A DNA stretch of 64,000 bases, taken from assembly GCF_902713615.1 (NCBI RefSeq), contig NC_052154.1:91705030-91769029 (forward strand), read 5' to 3'. The position numbers and the translations under genes were made by a program. The first letter of the stretch is position 1. The number at the start of each line of letters is the position of its first letter. Origin of the DNA: Scyliorhinus canicula (lineage: Eukaryota). The notes under the pieces were generated by a model. That model worked only from the letters and a program-made list of their open reading frames with translations. It was not told the DNA's origin and did no database searches. Shown in pieces: positions 49,432-62,300 of the stretch.

Positions 49432-51538
49432 GTTTCCCTAACTTAACAGGCAGTGAACCCAGAAACGAATCTCTAAACAGGACTCTCTCAGCTGAAAGGG
49501 AGAGAGCCAAAGCACGACCCCAGCTGAAAGGGGGCTCTGCTGCTCGGCAGCCTTAATTACTCGCCAGTGACTCCTGCTAGGAGATTTATCGTAATTAATA
49601 AATTCATGATCGCTGCATGGGAAGAAAAAGGTGCCTCAGAGACTAAAATTTAAAAAAAGACTTTGAAGTTCATGAAAGAAGGTTCATGTGCGCTCCCTGT
49701 AGTATTTGTAAATGATTTCCGTGGTCGTTGTTATTGTTATGTATATGTTCTAAAGTATTTTGCAGAAGGAACAGTGTGCAATAAACTCGACGCCCCCTCA
49801 CAGGTCGTTCCAATGCCTCGATAAAGACATCCGGAGTGAGAAAGAAGGTGAAATCCTTAAAGAGGACAGATAAGGGAGTCAAAATGAGTAAGAAAATAAA
49901 AATAATCAATCGTAAAGCAACGGATTGAGGTAGGAAAACCTATATGTCCCCCATAGGAATCTAATGAAGCTGACCCCCTCGGAAAAAAAAAAAACAGGCG
50001 AGTTAAAGTAAATAGAAGATTAAGGTAAAAGTGTAACAGATGGGTTCCTGTAGAAAAAGGAATTCTGATTTGTGTGTGAGTTAAGGCTAACGGTTAACTG
50101 TGATATTTGTGAGCTGTGAGAATCTGTGTGTTTTGTTTAACCAATTAATTTTAGTCAAAGCATGACGTGCTAAGTGGATTGTATTTTTTATCGTCTGCCA
50201 CTGTGAATCAGAGATTCTAACTTAAGTGATTTTTGTTGAGATTCCTCTAATGAACTGAAAGATTGGAAATTATGATCAGTTAAAAAGAAAAAAAGTGCCT
50301 TTACGAATAAAAGTAATTGAATATGAATAAGTTTTTAGACTACGTGAAAAGATGTAAATGGCTTCATTCCAAGTTCTCTGCAGGAAACATTAACCATTTC
50401 AGTGGACAGTTGACATTTTCTGATTGGCAAAGAAAAACATACATCTCTAAGAATAGCTAATGCCTATAAAAACAATCATTGGAAATTGACTTAAATGTGT
50501 GCTATTTATAGCCCCGTCACAGGGAATGTTTTGCTGCTTCTAAAATACTCTTATCGTGCATCTTGGCCAGCTTTGAAGGATGGGACTGCAGTCCCATCCG
50601 GCATAAATGGGGGCTGAGTTCCCAATAATGACAATCATTTGAATGAAGGAAATGAGTCCCTCGAACAGTGGTTAGCAAATAGAGGGAAAGAGGCAATCAT
50701 GCAAGGCGCCAAGAAACATTTAACCCCCAGGAAGTATGTACCGTAACGAGCGACACCTGGCCCGATTAGACAGACAGACACTCTGCAAATTAGGAGCGGT
50801 AACACATTGCATTGACAATGGAAAGTTTATAGAACTGTCTCAAATATGAACTCACCAGCTGGAAAATTAAATAACTTCTGAGCCTGCGCCCGATCGCTCT
50901 GTGTCTGTGTTCTATGCTGGCAGCTGAACGTTAACCCTTACAGTACTACTGTTAAAAAAAATTAAAAACTGCAGGAAGTCTTACAAAAGATTAATGACCC
51001 TTGGCACAGCTATTAAAACACCTGATAGAGGCCAGATGAGAGAATATAGTGACCCATTGCATGGCTTGGTCTGCTCGTGAGGATGAGCACACATACAATT
51101 TACAAACACAAAGTCACTTAGGAAAGCAGACTTCGTTGCATATCACTCATTTTTATTTTTCGGTGTTGTGGGATTAGGAATGTTAGTAAAGTTGACCCAT
51201 AGTCAGAGGGACCTTTTTAGGATGGGCTTAACATCAGAACCCCATTTAACATTGGCCGTAATACATCCCGCTAAGGCAAAGCAAATAGGAGAAATGATCA
51301 AAGAGGCCAAAAGAAAAAAAGTAATACAAGGGATTTGTATTTGTATGATTTGTATTTGGGGCAGCACGGTAGCATGGTGGTTAGCATAAATGCTTTACAG
51401 GAGTAAATAATGGCTCTCTCGGGGAGGTTGTTGTCTTTCAAATGTAGCGGGTCATTGCTTCTCTTTCCAGGTCACTTTGCCCTCTTGTTTGCCATAAAAT
51501 TCTGTCAGGCAATTTCGTCCGCCCATTTCAATACAAAT

Positions 51539-52330
51539 AGAATCATATAGAACAGTACAGCACAGAACAGGCCCTTCTGCTCTCGATGTTGTGCCGTGCA
51601 ATGATCACCCTACCCAAACCCACGTATCAACCCTACACCTGTAACCCAACAACCCCCCCCATCCTTACTTTTTAGGACACTACGGGCAATTTAGCATGGC
51701 CAATCCACCTAACCCGCACATCTTTGGACTGTGGGAGGAAACCGGAGCACCCGGAGGAAACCCATGCACACACGGGGAGGACGTGCAGACTCCGCACAGA
51801 CAGTGACCCAGCCGGGAATCGAACCTGGGACCCTGGAGCTGTGAAGCATTTATGCTAACCACCATGCTACCGTGCTGCCCCATCTGCAAACTTGCTAATC
51901 AGACCACCTATACCTTCTTCCAGATCATTTATGTATATCACAAACAACAGTGGTCCGAGCACGGATCCCTGTGGAACACCACTAGTCAACTTTCTCCATT
52001 TTGAGACACTCCCTTCCGCCACTACTCTCTGTCTCCTGTTGCCCAGCCAGTTCTTTATCCATCGAGCTTGTACACCCTGAACCCCATGCAACTTCACTTT
52101 GTCCATCAACCTGCCATGGGAAACTTTATCAAATGCCTTACTGAAGTCCATGTATATGACATCTACAGCCCTTCCCTCACCAATTAACTTTGTCACTTCC
52201 TCAAAGAATTCTATTAGGTGTGTAAGACATGACCTTCCCTGCACAAGACTATGCTGCCTATCACTGATAAATCCATTTTCTTCCAAATTTGAATAGATCC
52301 TATCCCTCAGTATCTTCTCCACAGTTTGCC
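51539..52330 (-). mobile_element. SINE (51539-51880) plus CR1 RT fragment (51881-52330) inside the ERV
   Basis: ORF 51867-52322 has [30 protein letters not shown] and KFAD; complete SINE with tail. Confidence 0.9.
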
Positions 52331-52499
52331 TAGTGGAGGAAGGGGATCGATTAGACTCATGTTAACCGATAGTAAAGGAAACCTGACCTCATGAAACGGC
52401 ACGTATTTTATCTGTGGCCATACCAGAAAAGTGGGAAGGCTCCTGCAATTTGGGATACATAGTTACTTACGTGCATCACATTCAGCAATTGCAGGACCA

Positions 52500-52930
52500 T
52501 CCCCATCATAGGACAACACAAAGTATTATGACATTGGAATAAATGCCAGGAATAATGATACCACCATTAGGAATAGCCATTAATGCATACGAACTACGTG
52601 ACATCCTTGAGCAGGTAGCTAATGACACTGCAGAAGCTATTAACCAAAATAAAACAGATGGTTGCTATAAGAGCGGTTGCCCTGCAAATAGAATGGCTCT
52701 TGATTTCTTGTTAACTGAAAAGGGAGGTTCTTGACTGTTGCACATACATCCCTGATAACTCAGAAAATTTGATAATCTGGTGGATCACATTCATAGAGAG
52801 GTGACAAGATTACATGGAAGTGAGCGATGGGAATTTGGCTTTGGGTGGTTAGGATCGTTGGGAAAGAGGATTGTGTTCTGGATTAAAATCACCATTGTAA
52901 TCTTGATTGTCATATGGTTATTGTTTTAAT
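52500..52930 (+). pseudogene. env: Retroviral env TM-subunit remnant
   Basis: Heptad LRDILEQVANDTAEAI, ISD-like NRMALDFLLTEKGG, then frameshifted DCCTYIPDNSEN, followed by a hydrophobic TM-like stretch. Confidence 0.8.
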
Positions 52931-53107
52931 GTTGCGCAAGATATTTTTATTGTATGAACACGGGAACAGCCCTAGCCACCTTGCCTCCTTGCTACCAGGC
53001 TCATAACACACAGGGAACTGTCATACATCCGTTCCCCTTACATTATAATCCAGCCTACACAATAATTTACTAAAATGTGTTGATCAAAAGATCAACAAGG
53101 AGGGAAT

Positions 53108-53471
53108 TGTGGAAGGGAAATTAGCATAAATGAAGTACTGCTGAAATATTCTGGTTTCAGCCTTATTATGAAAACACATTGTCCTCCGAAAGATAACAAA
53201 ATGTGTACTCGAGTTGTTCTTAGCCAAGGGCAAGAACATACGTCCTACGTATTTCTGTTTACGTACTTTCCAAGGTCTATTTAATATAAACATGTCTGTT
53301 TACTTCAAACTGTGATTTCAGACTATAAAACGTGCTGTCGTCAATCGAATCCCGGAGTGCAGTGCAACGGCTTTGCAGCCAGAACACTGTCTCTCCGCCA
53401 ATATATTTGTGTAAATAAATTTCCTTAAACCGAACCTCGAGGAACTTGTCTTTATTATGATTTCCACGACA
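53108..53471 (+). repeat. ERV 3' LTR (364 bp)
   Basis: Direct repeat of 49066-49431. Confidence 0.9.
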
Positions 53472-53654
53472 ACTGGGATGGCAGGGGTGTCGTATGAGGA
53501 CAGATTGGTTGACTGGTCCTGTATTCAGTGACATTTAGAAGAATTACAGGGGATCTCATTAAATCATAAAAGATTCTCGCAGGGCTGGACAGGCTGGATG
53601 CAGAGATGTTGTTTCGGGTACGGGTACGTCATTTAGCACTGAGATTAAGAGACA

Positions 53655-53870
53655 CTTCTTTTTATTAAAATAAATTTAGAATTTTCCAATTCGTTTTTTT
53701 CCAATTAAGGGGCAATTTAGCATGGCCAATCCACCTAGCCTGCACATCTTTGGGTTGTGCGGGGTGAAACCCGCGCAAACATGGGGAGAATGTGCAAACT
53801 CCACACGGACAGTGGCCCAGAGCCGGGAACCTCAGCGCCTTGAGGCTGCAGGGCTAACCCACTGCACCAC
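53655..53870 (-). mobile_element. Poly(A)-tailed SINE
   Basis: Same tail type as 7064-7307 (ccaattaaggggcaatttagc; T-rich on + strand). Confidence 0.85.
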
Positions 53871-54544
53871 TTCTTAATTCAAAGGGTGGGGAACTTGTGG
53901 AGTTCTCTACCTCGGAAAGCTGTGGAGGCAAAAATCGCTGAATGCATTTAGGATGTAAATAAATTTCTCGATGTCAAGATGTCCAGCAGCATGTTGCGAG
54001 CACAGTGGAATGATGGCGAGATAGAATCACTATCATTTTGAATGGAAAACGAGCGTTGAAGGGCCGAATGGCCTATGCCTGTCCTATTTTCTATATTCAT
54101 ATTATCTCATTGAACGACGGTCCACGCTGGAGGGGCCAAATGTTATACCTCTCTTATTTTGTATGCTCGTAGGTAGAATCAATCGTAGAATCATAGAACG
54201 TGCAGTGCAGAAGGCGGCCATTAGACCCGTCGAGTCAGCACCGGCCCTTGGAACAAGCATCCTACTGACGCCCACACATCCATCCGATCCCAGCAACCCA
54301 ATAACCCCACCTATCATCTTGTATAAGTACAATCTTAGTTTCCCGGCAGTTTCAGATTACAGTCCATTTATTTTTGCCTCTGTGGTCCTGGCACTATCAG
54401 AGATATGGACCATGGGACTTGTGGATGACACATCCACAAAAATGATAGGAAACTTGGAGTAAAACAATTTTCCTCACATCGGCGCTAAATCTCCTGCCAT
54501 CGAATCGCACAGCACAGTACGTTGCATCGTGACATATTAGAAAA

Positions 54545-55110
54545 AAGAAAATTACAGCACAGGGACAGGCCCTTCGGCCCCCCAAACCTGCGCCGATCCA
54601 GATCCTCTATTTAAAACTGTCTCCTATTTTCTCAGGATTTGTATCCCTCTGTTCCCTGCCCATTCATGTATCTGCCTAGATACATCTTAAATGACGCTAT
54701 CATGCCCGCCTCTACCACCTCCGCCGGCAATGCATTCCAGGCACCCACCACCTTCTGCCTAAAGAACTTTCCACGCATATCTCCCTTAAACTTTTCCCCT
54801 CTCACCTTGAACTCGTGACCACTAGTAATTGAGTCCCCCGCTCTGGGAAAAAGCTTCTTGTGTTCCACCCTGTCTATACCTCTCATGATTTTGTAGATCT
54901 CAATGAGGTCCTCCGTCAACCTCCGTCTTTCTAATGAAAATAATCCTAATCTACTCAACCTATCTTCATAGCTAGCGCCCTTCATACCAGGCAATATCCT
55001 GGTGAACCTTCTCTGCACCTTCTCCAAAGCATCCACATCCTTTTGGTAATGTGGCGACCAGAACTGTATGCAGTATTGCAAATGTAGCCGAACCAAAGTC
55101 TTATACTGAA
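54545..55110 (-). mobile_element. CR1 3' fragment
   Basis: ORF 54632-55096: VRLHLQYCIQFWSPHY.KDV.ALEKVQRRFTR. Confidence 0.9.
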
Positions 55111-55318
55111 CACCCAGATCTCTTTGTCCACCAATTTCATCAATTTCTTGCGGAAACTCGTGAAAAAAATATTATGACATTCCAATGAACACAGTGAAGT
55201 CCGTTACTGTATCCATTCCAAAATGTTGTACTGCAGAATGCGGGAGTTAGAAAACTCCCGCTTGTCATGACCCAAAAGCCACAACGTACAATTGAGAAGA
55301 GCAATTTAGCACCCTTAC

Positions 55319-55600
55319 CCTGATCCCGATCGGAGTAGCTCTCATTGGCTGGGTTCCCGAGAGAAACATGGGAAACCTGGCAAGTATAAACCGACCAGAT
55401 GTCCACGGGTTTGAGCGAGCTGGAAACTCGATATAATCCTTTCTCGTTCCATCTTTGTGTACCATTTGCTCCAGATATGATCTCTGTGCCATTTATGTAC
55501 CAGGTGAGGTTAAGTTCCTCCGGGAAGAAGCCACCTGTTGTACAAATGAGTATTGGGGGCGACTTGGACAGGAGAGTAATGTTTACCGGTGTTGGTGGCA
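55319..55600 (-). CDS. Ig C1-set domain exon of SIRP-alpha-like receptor
   Basis: Acceptor ttctttcccAG, donor CAG G|GTAAG, 282 nt, phase 1-1. Translation (V)PPTPVNITLLSKSPPILICTTGGFFPEELNLTWYING...YRVSSSL...YTCQVSHVSL... has the C1 hallmarks CxxxGFFP, WxxNG and YxCxVxH. Confidence 0.93.
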
Positions 55601-56689
55601 CTGGGAAAGAATTAAAGGAAAAGAGTTAAAATCGCTATTCGTGCATGACATTAGGAAAACACAGGAAATAATGCCTCCCTGGAAGGGAGAACATCTGGCA
55701 GACGAAGCAGCAATACATTGTCACCGAAATGATTTAATTTAATGGAAATAGTACATGCATTTTATTTTTCAAATTTCACTCCTGTCTTCAGGCAACCAGG
55801 TGACTCGCTTTCTGAGTATTGACCCGTGCGATGTCTCACCTCTCTCTGCCCGTCTCGTCACAGTTCAGCTGTGCAAAGGCATAATTTGACAGACCAAAGA
55901 TATACCAATAAACACAGTCAACCCAGCATTCTGCCTTTAAATAACTCAATGTCGTCGACTGCTGGAGAACGAATTACAATTTCAAAGTTACTTCCTGGCC
56001 ATTCCTGCTGACACGATACGAAATCTTATTAAGTGTCTCATCTGCAAACAACGTTGTCGCTGAGTGTCAACTAACTTGATTGCCTCTGTGTCATTGTCTA
56101 ATAGTTTCCTCTCTTTGATTTCCCGTGAAAAGTTTCCAGTAGAAAAGCACACTACCCACCGAAGCGTGGGCGTTCTACCTCAGTCAGTTCCATGACCTTT
56201 CACCGCAAATTGTAATCTGTGAAATTAATAGTTGATGTTCTTTAATGACCCGTGGGTTGATTGACACGCAAACAGGTGAAGAAACATTTGAGGGGGAGAG
56301 CTGATTGGTGGTGATGTAACCCGAGTATCATCGCACCTCAGGCGAGGGACAAAGTTGCCGCCTCCATGAATAATCGCAGCTGGTACGAGAATTGTTTTGA
56401 CATCGCATCATGAACAAGGTGTCTAACCAACTGAGCTAAGTCGCCCCCACTAACTCCTAGAATCCATCAGTAAATCGATATATTTAACCTCCCCTTCGTG
56501 TATGTGTGAATCACAATGAATTCATGCACCGATACCTGCAGGGATAAATCTTACTACCGCGTTTCCATTCAACTCGCTTTGATTTCCAGGATACCGGCTA
56601 ATTTCACCAAAGAAGTTATTATTATGGTCCCAAAATTATAAGCACACTTATAACTGTGGTTAATCCAATGATTTCTATATATATTTTAA

Positions 56690-59600
56690 AAACGCATTTT
56701 ATTCAAACTTGTATCAAAGTAGGTTACAGCAAATAAACACCTCGGGAAACATTCTTCCCAACAATCAGCTATACAGTTTGTACAGACTTTTCTACTTTTT
56801 CACCCACCCTTCCCAACACCTACCCCCCTAACCCGCTGCGGCGAACAGCTCCTCAAACAGGGTCCCAAACATCCCCCACCTTTTCTCAAACTACCCTGCT
56901 GAGCCCCTTAACTCATACTTTATCTTCTCTAACCGCAGGAAGTCATACAGGTCACCCAACCATGCTGCTACCCCCGGTGGCAATGTCAACCGCCACTCCA
57001 GCAATATTCGTCATCATGCAATCAGAGAGGCAAAGGCCAAGACATCGGCCTTCCTCCTCTCCATGATCTCCGGCTTCTCTGAAACCCCAAATATCGCCAC
57101 CAAAGGGTCCGGGTCCACTCCCTCCTACACTATTCTGGATAAGACCGCCAGAATCTCGCCCAGAATCTTCCCAATTTTTCACAACCCCAGAACATGTGCG
57201 CATGATTTGCGGGCCCCGCCCACATCTCTCACGCTCATCTGCTACCCCTGAAATAAACAACTCATTCTCGCCAGAGTCATATGCACCACCTTAAACTGTA
57301 TCAGGTTCATCCTTGCACAAGAGGAGGTCCTGTTTACCCTTCGCAGTGCCTCACTCCATACTCCCCAATTGATCTCCATTCCCAACTCTGCTTCCCATTT
57401 CTCCTTGATCTTCACCACCCTCTCGCCTCCCTGCTCCTCCAGCCACTTATATATCCCCAATTCTTCCCTCCCCTTCCACATCTGGAAGCAGCTGTCGCTC
57501 CAGCAGGGTGTATCCCGGCAACCTACGGAACCCTCTCCAGATCTTTTGTGCAAAGTCCAAAACCTGTAGATACCTGAACTCACTACCTCTCGGCAGCTCT
57601 ACCCTCTCCCTTAGCTCCTACAGACTGGCGAACCCTTCCTCCAAATACAAATCCCTCACCTTGACCAGCCCCACTTCCCTCCACCTCCTGTATACACTAT
57701 CCACCCCCCACGGCTCAAACCATTGATTCTCGCATAGCCCGGTTATCACCGACATCTCTTCCACCCTAAAATGCCTCCTCAGCTGATTCCATATCCTCAC
57801 CGTGGCCTGCACCACTGAGCTCCCTGAATACCTACGAGGAGCCATTGGCAATGCTGCCATCACCATAGCCCTCAAACTAGACCCCTTACAAGATTCATCC
57901 TCCATCATAACCCACTCTAACCCTTCTCCTTCTCACTACTGCTGCGCCTTGTCCACATTCGCCGCCCAATAATAATGAAGCACGTTTGGCAACAGCAACC
58001 CCCTGCTGTCTCTACCTCTGTAGCAGGGTCCTCCACACCCTCGGCACCTTCCCCGCCCATACAAAGTCATAGATCATTGTGTCCACTTTCAGAAAAAGGC
58101 CTTTGGTATAAAGAGAGCCTGAAAGATAAACAAGAACCTCGGCCGAATATTCATTATCACCACTTGAACCCACCCCACCAACGTTAAGTGCATTGTATCC
58201 CACCTCTTATGATCCTCCCTGATCTTCTCCACCAGCTTTGTTGAGTTCCACTTATGAAGCCCCGTCCATTCCCTTGCACCTGAATCCGCAAGTACCTAAA
58301 CCTATCCCTCGCTACCGTAAATGGCACGACCCACCCCTTCCTTAACCTAACCTGGTCCTTCACAGGGAGGTGTGTCTCCTCCAAAAAGACAACCCCTACT
58401 TTCAAGCTCCTGAGGGGCACAAACACCTGAAACCTTTTAACCGGCCCATTCAGCCCCCGGACGTTCCACATTACCTATCTTACTGGAGGCTTGCACCTCC
58501 AATCCCCTCTACCATCCATCATCTTCCCCACTTAACTCCTGCCCCTTTAATTCCACTCTGTACCTCGCCCATCCTAGTTGGCCCCTTTCTTCGCCCTTGA
58601 CCATGTCATTTCTCACCCCATGCCATGTTCGAGAAACCCCAACCCCCACGTTTCCCTTCCCCTTCTTCCCCCCCCCCCCCCCATTACCCCTTTCCCCCCA
58701 GGCCACCACTCTTGGCCTTCTCCCCCACCACCTCACTTCCGCTAGCGCACCTGCCCCTGCCCAAATGCTGTACCCTAATGACCTTCCCCCCTCCTCAGCT
58801 CAAAGAAGAAGGCTTCTTGCTGGCCTTACCCTCCCCCACCTAACAAGGACTTCTCCTGAACTCAAGGTAGCCTTCTCCAAAAGCAAACAAACAGATGTTA
58901 TACACAAACAGTCCCATAAAACAAGAGGGGGTTGGGAACATCAAACTCCACATAAACTTTTCACCCCTACAACTCCTTACAATCTCAACATTGAACAGAA
59001 CCCCGCCCCCACAAAAAAGGCGAAAATCCCCCAATCCCTACAACAATTCAAACATGCTCCCGACTATTACAAAGTGCCAGAATCCCGGTTCCCAAGGATT
59101 GTCCACTCAGTTCTCCCCCAGTTTCTGCTCCTTAATGAAGTCTTTGACCATTTCTGGGGGCTGGAAATAATACTCCCGTCCTCCAAACGTCACCCATAAT
59201 TTCGCCGGGTAGTGCACCCCAAACCTGATCTGCCGCCGGTACAGCACAGCCTTGACCTTGTTGAAACCTGCCCGCCGTTTTGCCAACTCGGCTCTGATGT
59301 ATTGATAAATCCGGGCATTATGTCCCTCCCGGTCACAGCTATGCTTCTCCCTGGCCCACCGCAGAATTTTGAAATGAAAATGAAAAATGAAAATCGCTTA
59401 TTGTCACGAGTAGGCTTCAATTAAGTTACTGTGAACAGCCCCTTGTCGCCACATTCTGGCGCCTGTCCGGGGAGGCTGGTACGGGAATCGAACTGTGCAG
59501 CTGGCCTGCTTGGTCTGCTTTAAAAGCCAGCGATTTAGCCCAGTGAGCTAAAGAAACCCACATTTTCTCTTTCTCCACAAATTTATGAAGTGTCACGATC

Positions 59601-60220
59601 ACTGCTCCCAGCGGCTCACCAGCTCTAGGCTTTTGCCTCAGAGACCTGTCCGCTTGGTCCACTTCAGGTACCTTATCTAGCATCCCTTCTTCCACCAGTC
59701 CCCCCAACATCCTCAAGTCATACCTCCTGGCACTCACACCTTCCACTCCTTCAGGCAGGCCCACTATTCACAGGTTCTGTCTTCTCGAGGCATTCTCCTG
59801 CTTCTCTACCTTTGCCCTCAATGTTTTACAGAAGTCTCCTAGGAGCCACACCTCCGTCACAGAGCCACCACACGATCGCTGCTGTCCGAGATCATTCCTT
59901 CAATCTCCTGAATCTGTGACCCCTGCACCTCCAAACACCTCTCCATCCGCTCCAAAGTACTCTTCAGGTGTGCCACAGCTTCTGCAATGGCCTTGGCATG
60001 ATCCTCATGCATTTCTTTCCTCTGATTACGGAATTCCTCCTTGATAAAGTCATCAGTTCCTGTATCTGTGTCTTACAGCTCGCCCCTCCTCCGCCAGCAT
60101 GCTGGAAGAGACTGAAGCACAAGACTGTCTCAACTTTCCAGCCAAACTTCTCACTGTTTTCTGCTGTGTCCGGTGATCAGAAGTCATACTATTCCAGGGG
60201 TAAACTACTCCTCTAACATT
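56690..60220 (-). mobile_element. L1-clade LINE with ORF1 remnant and internally deleted ORF2
   Basis: ORF1 motif ENASRRQNL.IVGLPEGVEG (about 59740-59800); endonuclease start WNVRGLNGPVKR..ETHL (58471); C-terminal CARM.LIQFKVVH and HMF-like region; T-rich end near 56690. Confidence 0.88.
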
Positions 60221-61559
60221 CACCAACGCCTTTTCATCAAAATTCCACCATATCTTGGTAAAAAGAGCCCTTTTCTGTGACTTTGAACAGGAACAAGTTC
60301 AGTCTTTTCTTTCAAGATCAGTCCAACCTTCATCAGCTCGGCGATTTCAGTTTGAAACGGTAATTCCTGGTGTAACTAACTTTATTGCCATCCTGTGCAA
60401 ATGCCCAATTATTCCACTTCCCACTCTTAAAACACTAATTTACAATCTGTATATTTGAGGAACTGGTCTACTTTCAAATGGCCGCATATCACACCAAATA
60501 CCACCTGTACACCGCTCTTTGACATCTCTCAGCTCAGCAGGCAACATGATGTTTCAGGAATATATTACCTTTGAATTCAAATTGATTTTATTCATACATT
60601 TTCCAAGCACATGGCAGCCATCCCTTTCATGTTTCAACATTGCTACTGCCCGAGTCCCATTTAGCGATTCATTCATTGCTACATTCACTGAACTCAATGG
60701 TCAGCTGCTTGAGCAAAATGTTCTCGTCACATGAAGATTATTCCCTACTTTGGCGCGATATTATTCTTTATCTGTGTCCTTCCACAATACCGTTTCCTCC
60801 ATGCGACCCATCTCTTATTTGATAGGTCATACTACCAGGTACCGGGATCTGTGGGAAATATTTTGGCTTCATCGCTTCTGGAGTCTCTGACTGAGTTGAA
60901 ACAGGAGATATTCCGTCCCGGCTTTCACAGTCTGAGGCTGAGCTCAGTTTGGTGGAGCTGTGTGCCCTTCGAGTGTTTGACAAACTCACTTTGCATCTGA
61001 TAAGGGCTAAGAAAATGAAAAGAAATGAAAATCGCTTATTGTCACGAGAGGCTTCAATGAAGTTACTGTGAAAAGCCCCTAGTCGCCACATTCCGGGCGT
61101 CTGTCCGGGGAGGCTGGTACGTTTATAAATGAAACTAAAAAGGAAAGCATATACATATCTACACATAAATCTATCAAATTCTATTAAGCTAAATCTAATT
61201 ATAGTATCCTGGCAGCATTCAGAAAGTATTCAATGCATGTCGTGTCTCCATAGATTTATACATGTACAGCACAGAAGGAGATTATTCGGCCCCTCGTGTC
61301 CTCGATGGTCAACAAATGTCTGACTACATGAATTCCATTTTCCAGAGCTTGTTCATAGCTCTGGAGGATGTGGCAGCGTAATTGAATATCTAAAAACTTC
61401 ATACATGTTATGTCACATTCCGGCTCAACCATCCGTTCAGACAGTAAGTTCCAGACTCCCATCATCCTCCGTGTGAAAATGATTACCCTCAACTATCCTC
61501 TTAGCCTGCTACCTTAAATCTCTGCCAACTGATTATTGACCACGTTAATAATGAATATT

Positions 61560-62300
61560 CTTGTGCATATGTCTTTACTATAGGGAGCACAAGAAACATT
61601 CTTGTAATAGAGGTAAATCGTGAGATGGAGGAGAGAATGGAAAATGGTGAAATTACAAACAGGGGAGCGGTACTGAGCAAATAAATGGAGCTGGGGACCG
61701 ACAAGTCTCTCGGTCCTGACGGACGTAATCCTCGGGTGTCAGATACGGTGGTAGGCAGTGGGTGCATGACTAATAATTTTCCAAAATTCATTAGAGTCTT
61801 GAAAGGTCATCAGACTGAAAATAGAACATTTAACCATTATATTCAAGACGGGAGGGAGGCATAAAACTGGAATCTGGCTAGTTAGCTTTACATCTGTCGA
61901 GGTTTTAGAATCGATCATTGAAGAGGTTTCATCTGTGCATTAGACAAGCTAATTTGGAATGGCCAGCACGGTTTAACGGAAGGGCAATCATGTTTAACCA
62001 ATTTACTGGTGTTCTTTGAAGGGGTAACGTGTGCTTATAGAGGGGATCCTGTCGACGTAATGTATCTGAATCTCCAGATAGTATTTAATAAGGTGCCACA
62101 TCAAAGGTCATTGCAAACAATAAAAGCTTATGGTCTACTGTGTAGCATATTATCCTGGATTGATGATTGGCTGGCTGGCATAAAACAGATAAACGGGCTT
62201 TGTCTGATTGACAGGATGTGAAGTGTGAGTTCCCACAGGGGCCTGTGCTGGCTCCTCAACGTTTTAGAATTTCTATTAATGATTTAGATGGGGGGCTCCA
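61560..62300 (+). mobile_element. Degenerate CR1 RT fragment
   Basis: QHGLTEGQSCLTNLL.FFE, DVMYL..Q..FNKVPH. Confidence 0.75.

Larger units (their letters stand above)
49066..53471 (+). mobile_element. Degenerate, internally deleted endogenous retrovirus with gamma-type env remnant
   Basis: Two direct LTRs (TG...CA), polypurine tract acaaggagggaat before the 3' LTR, ctgg TSD (or cctgg/actgg), and an env TM remnant. Confidence 0.85.

Noticed and set aside
60731-61166. Candidate V or leader exons in the V-C1 intron
   Set aside because: The minus-strand frames I translated across about 60700-61000 showed no Ig motifs or phase-compatible splice sites.
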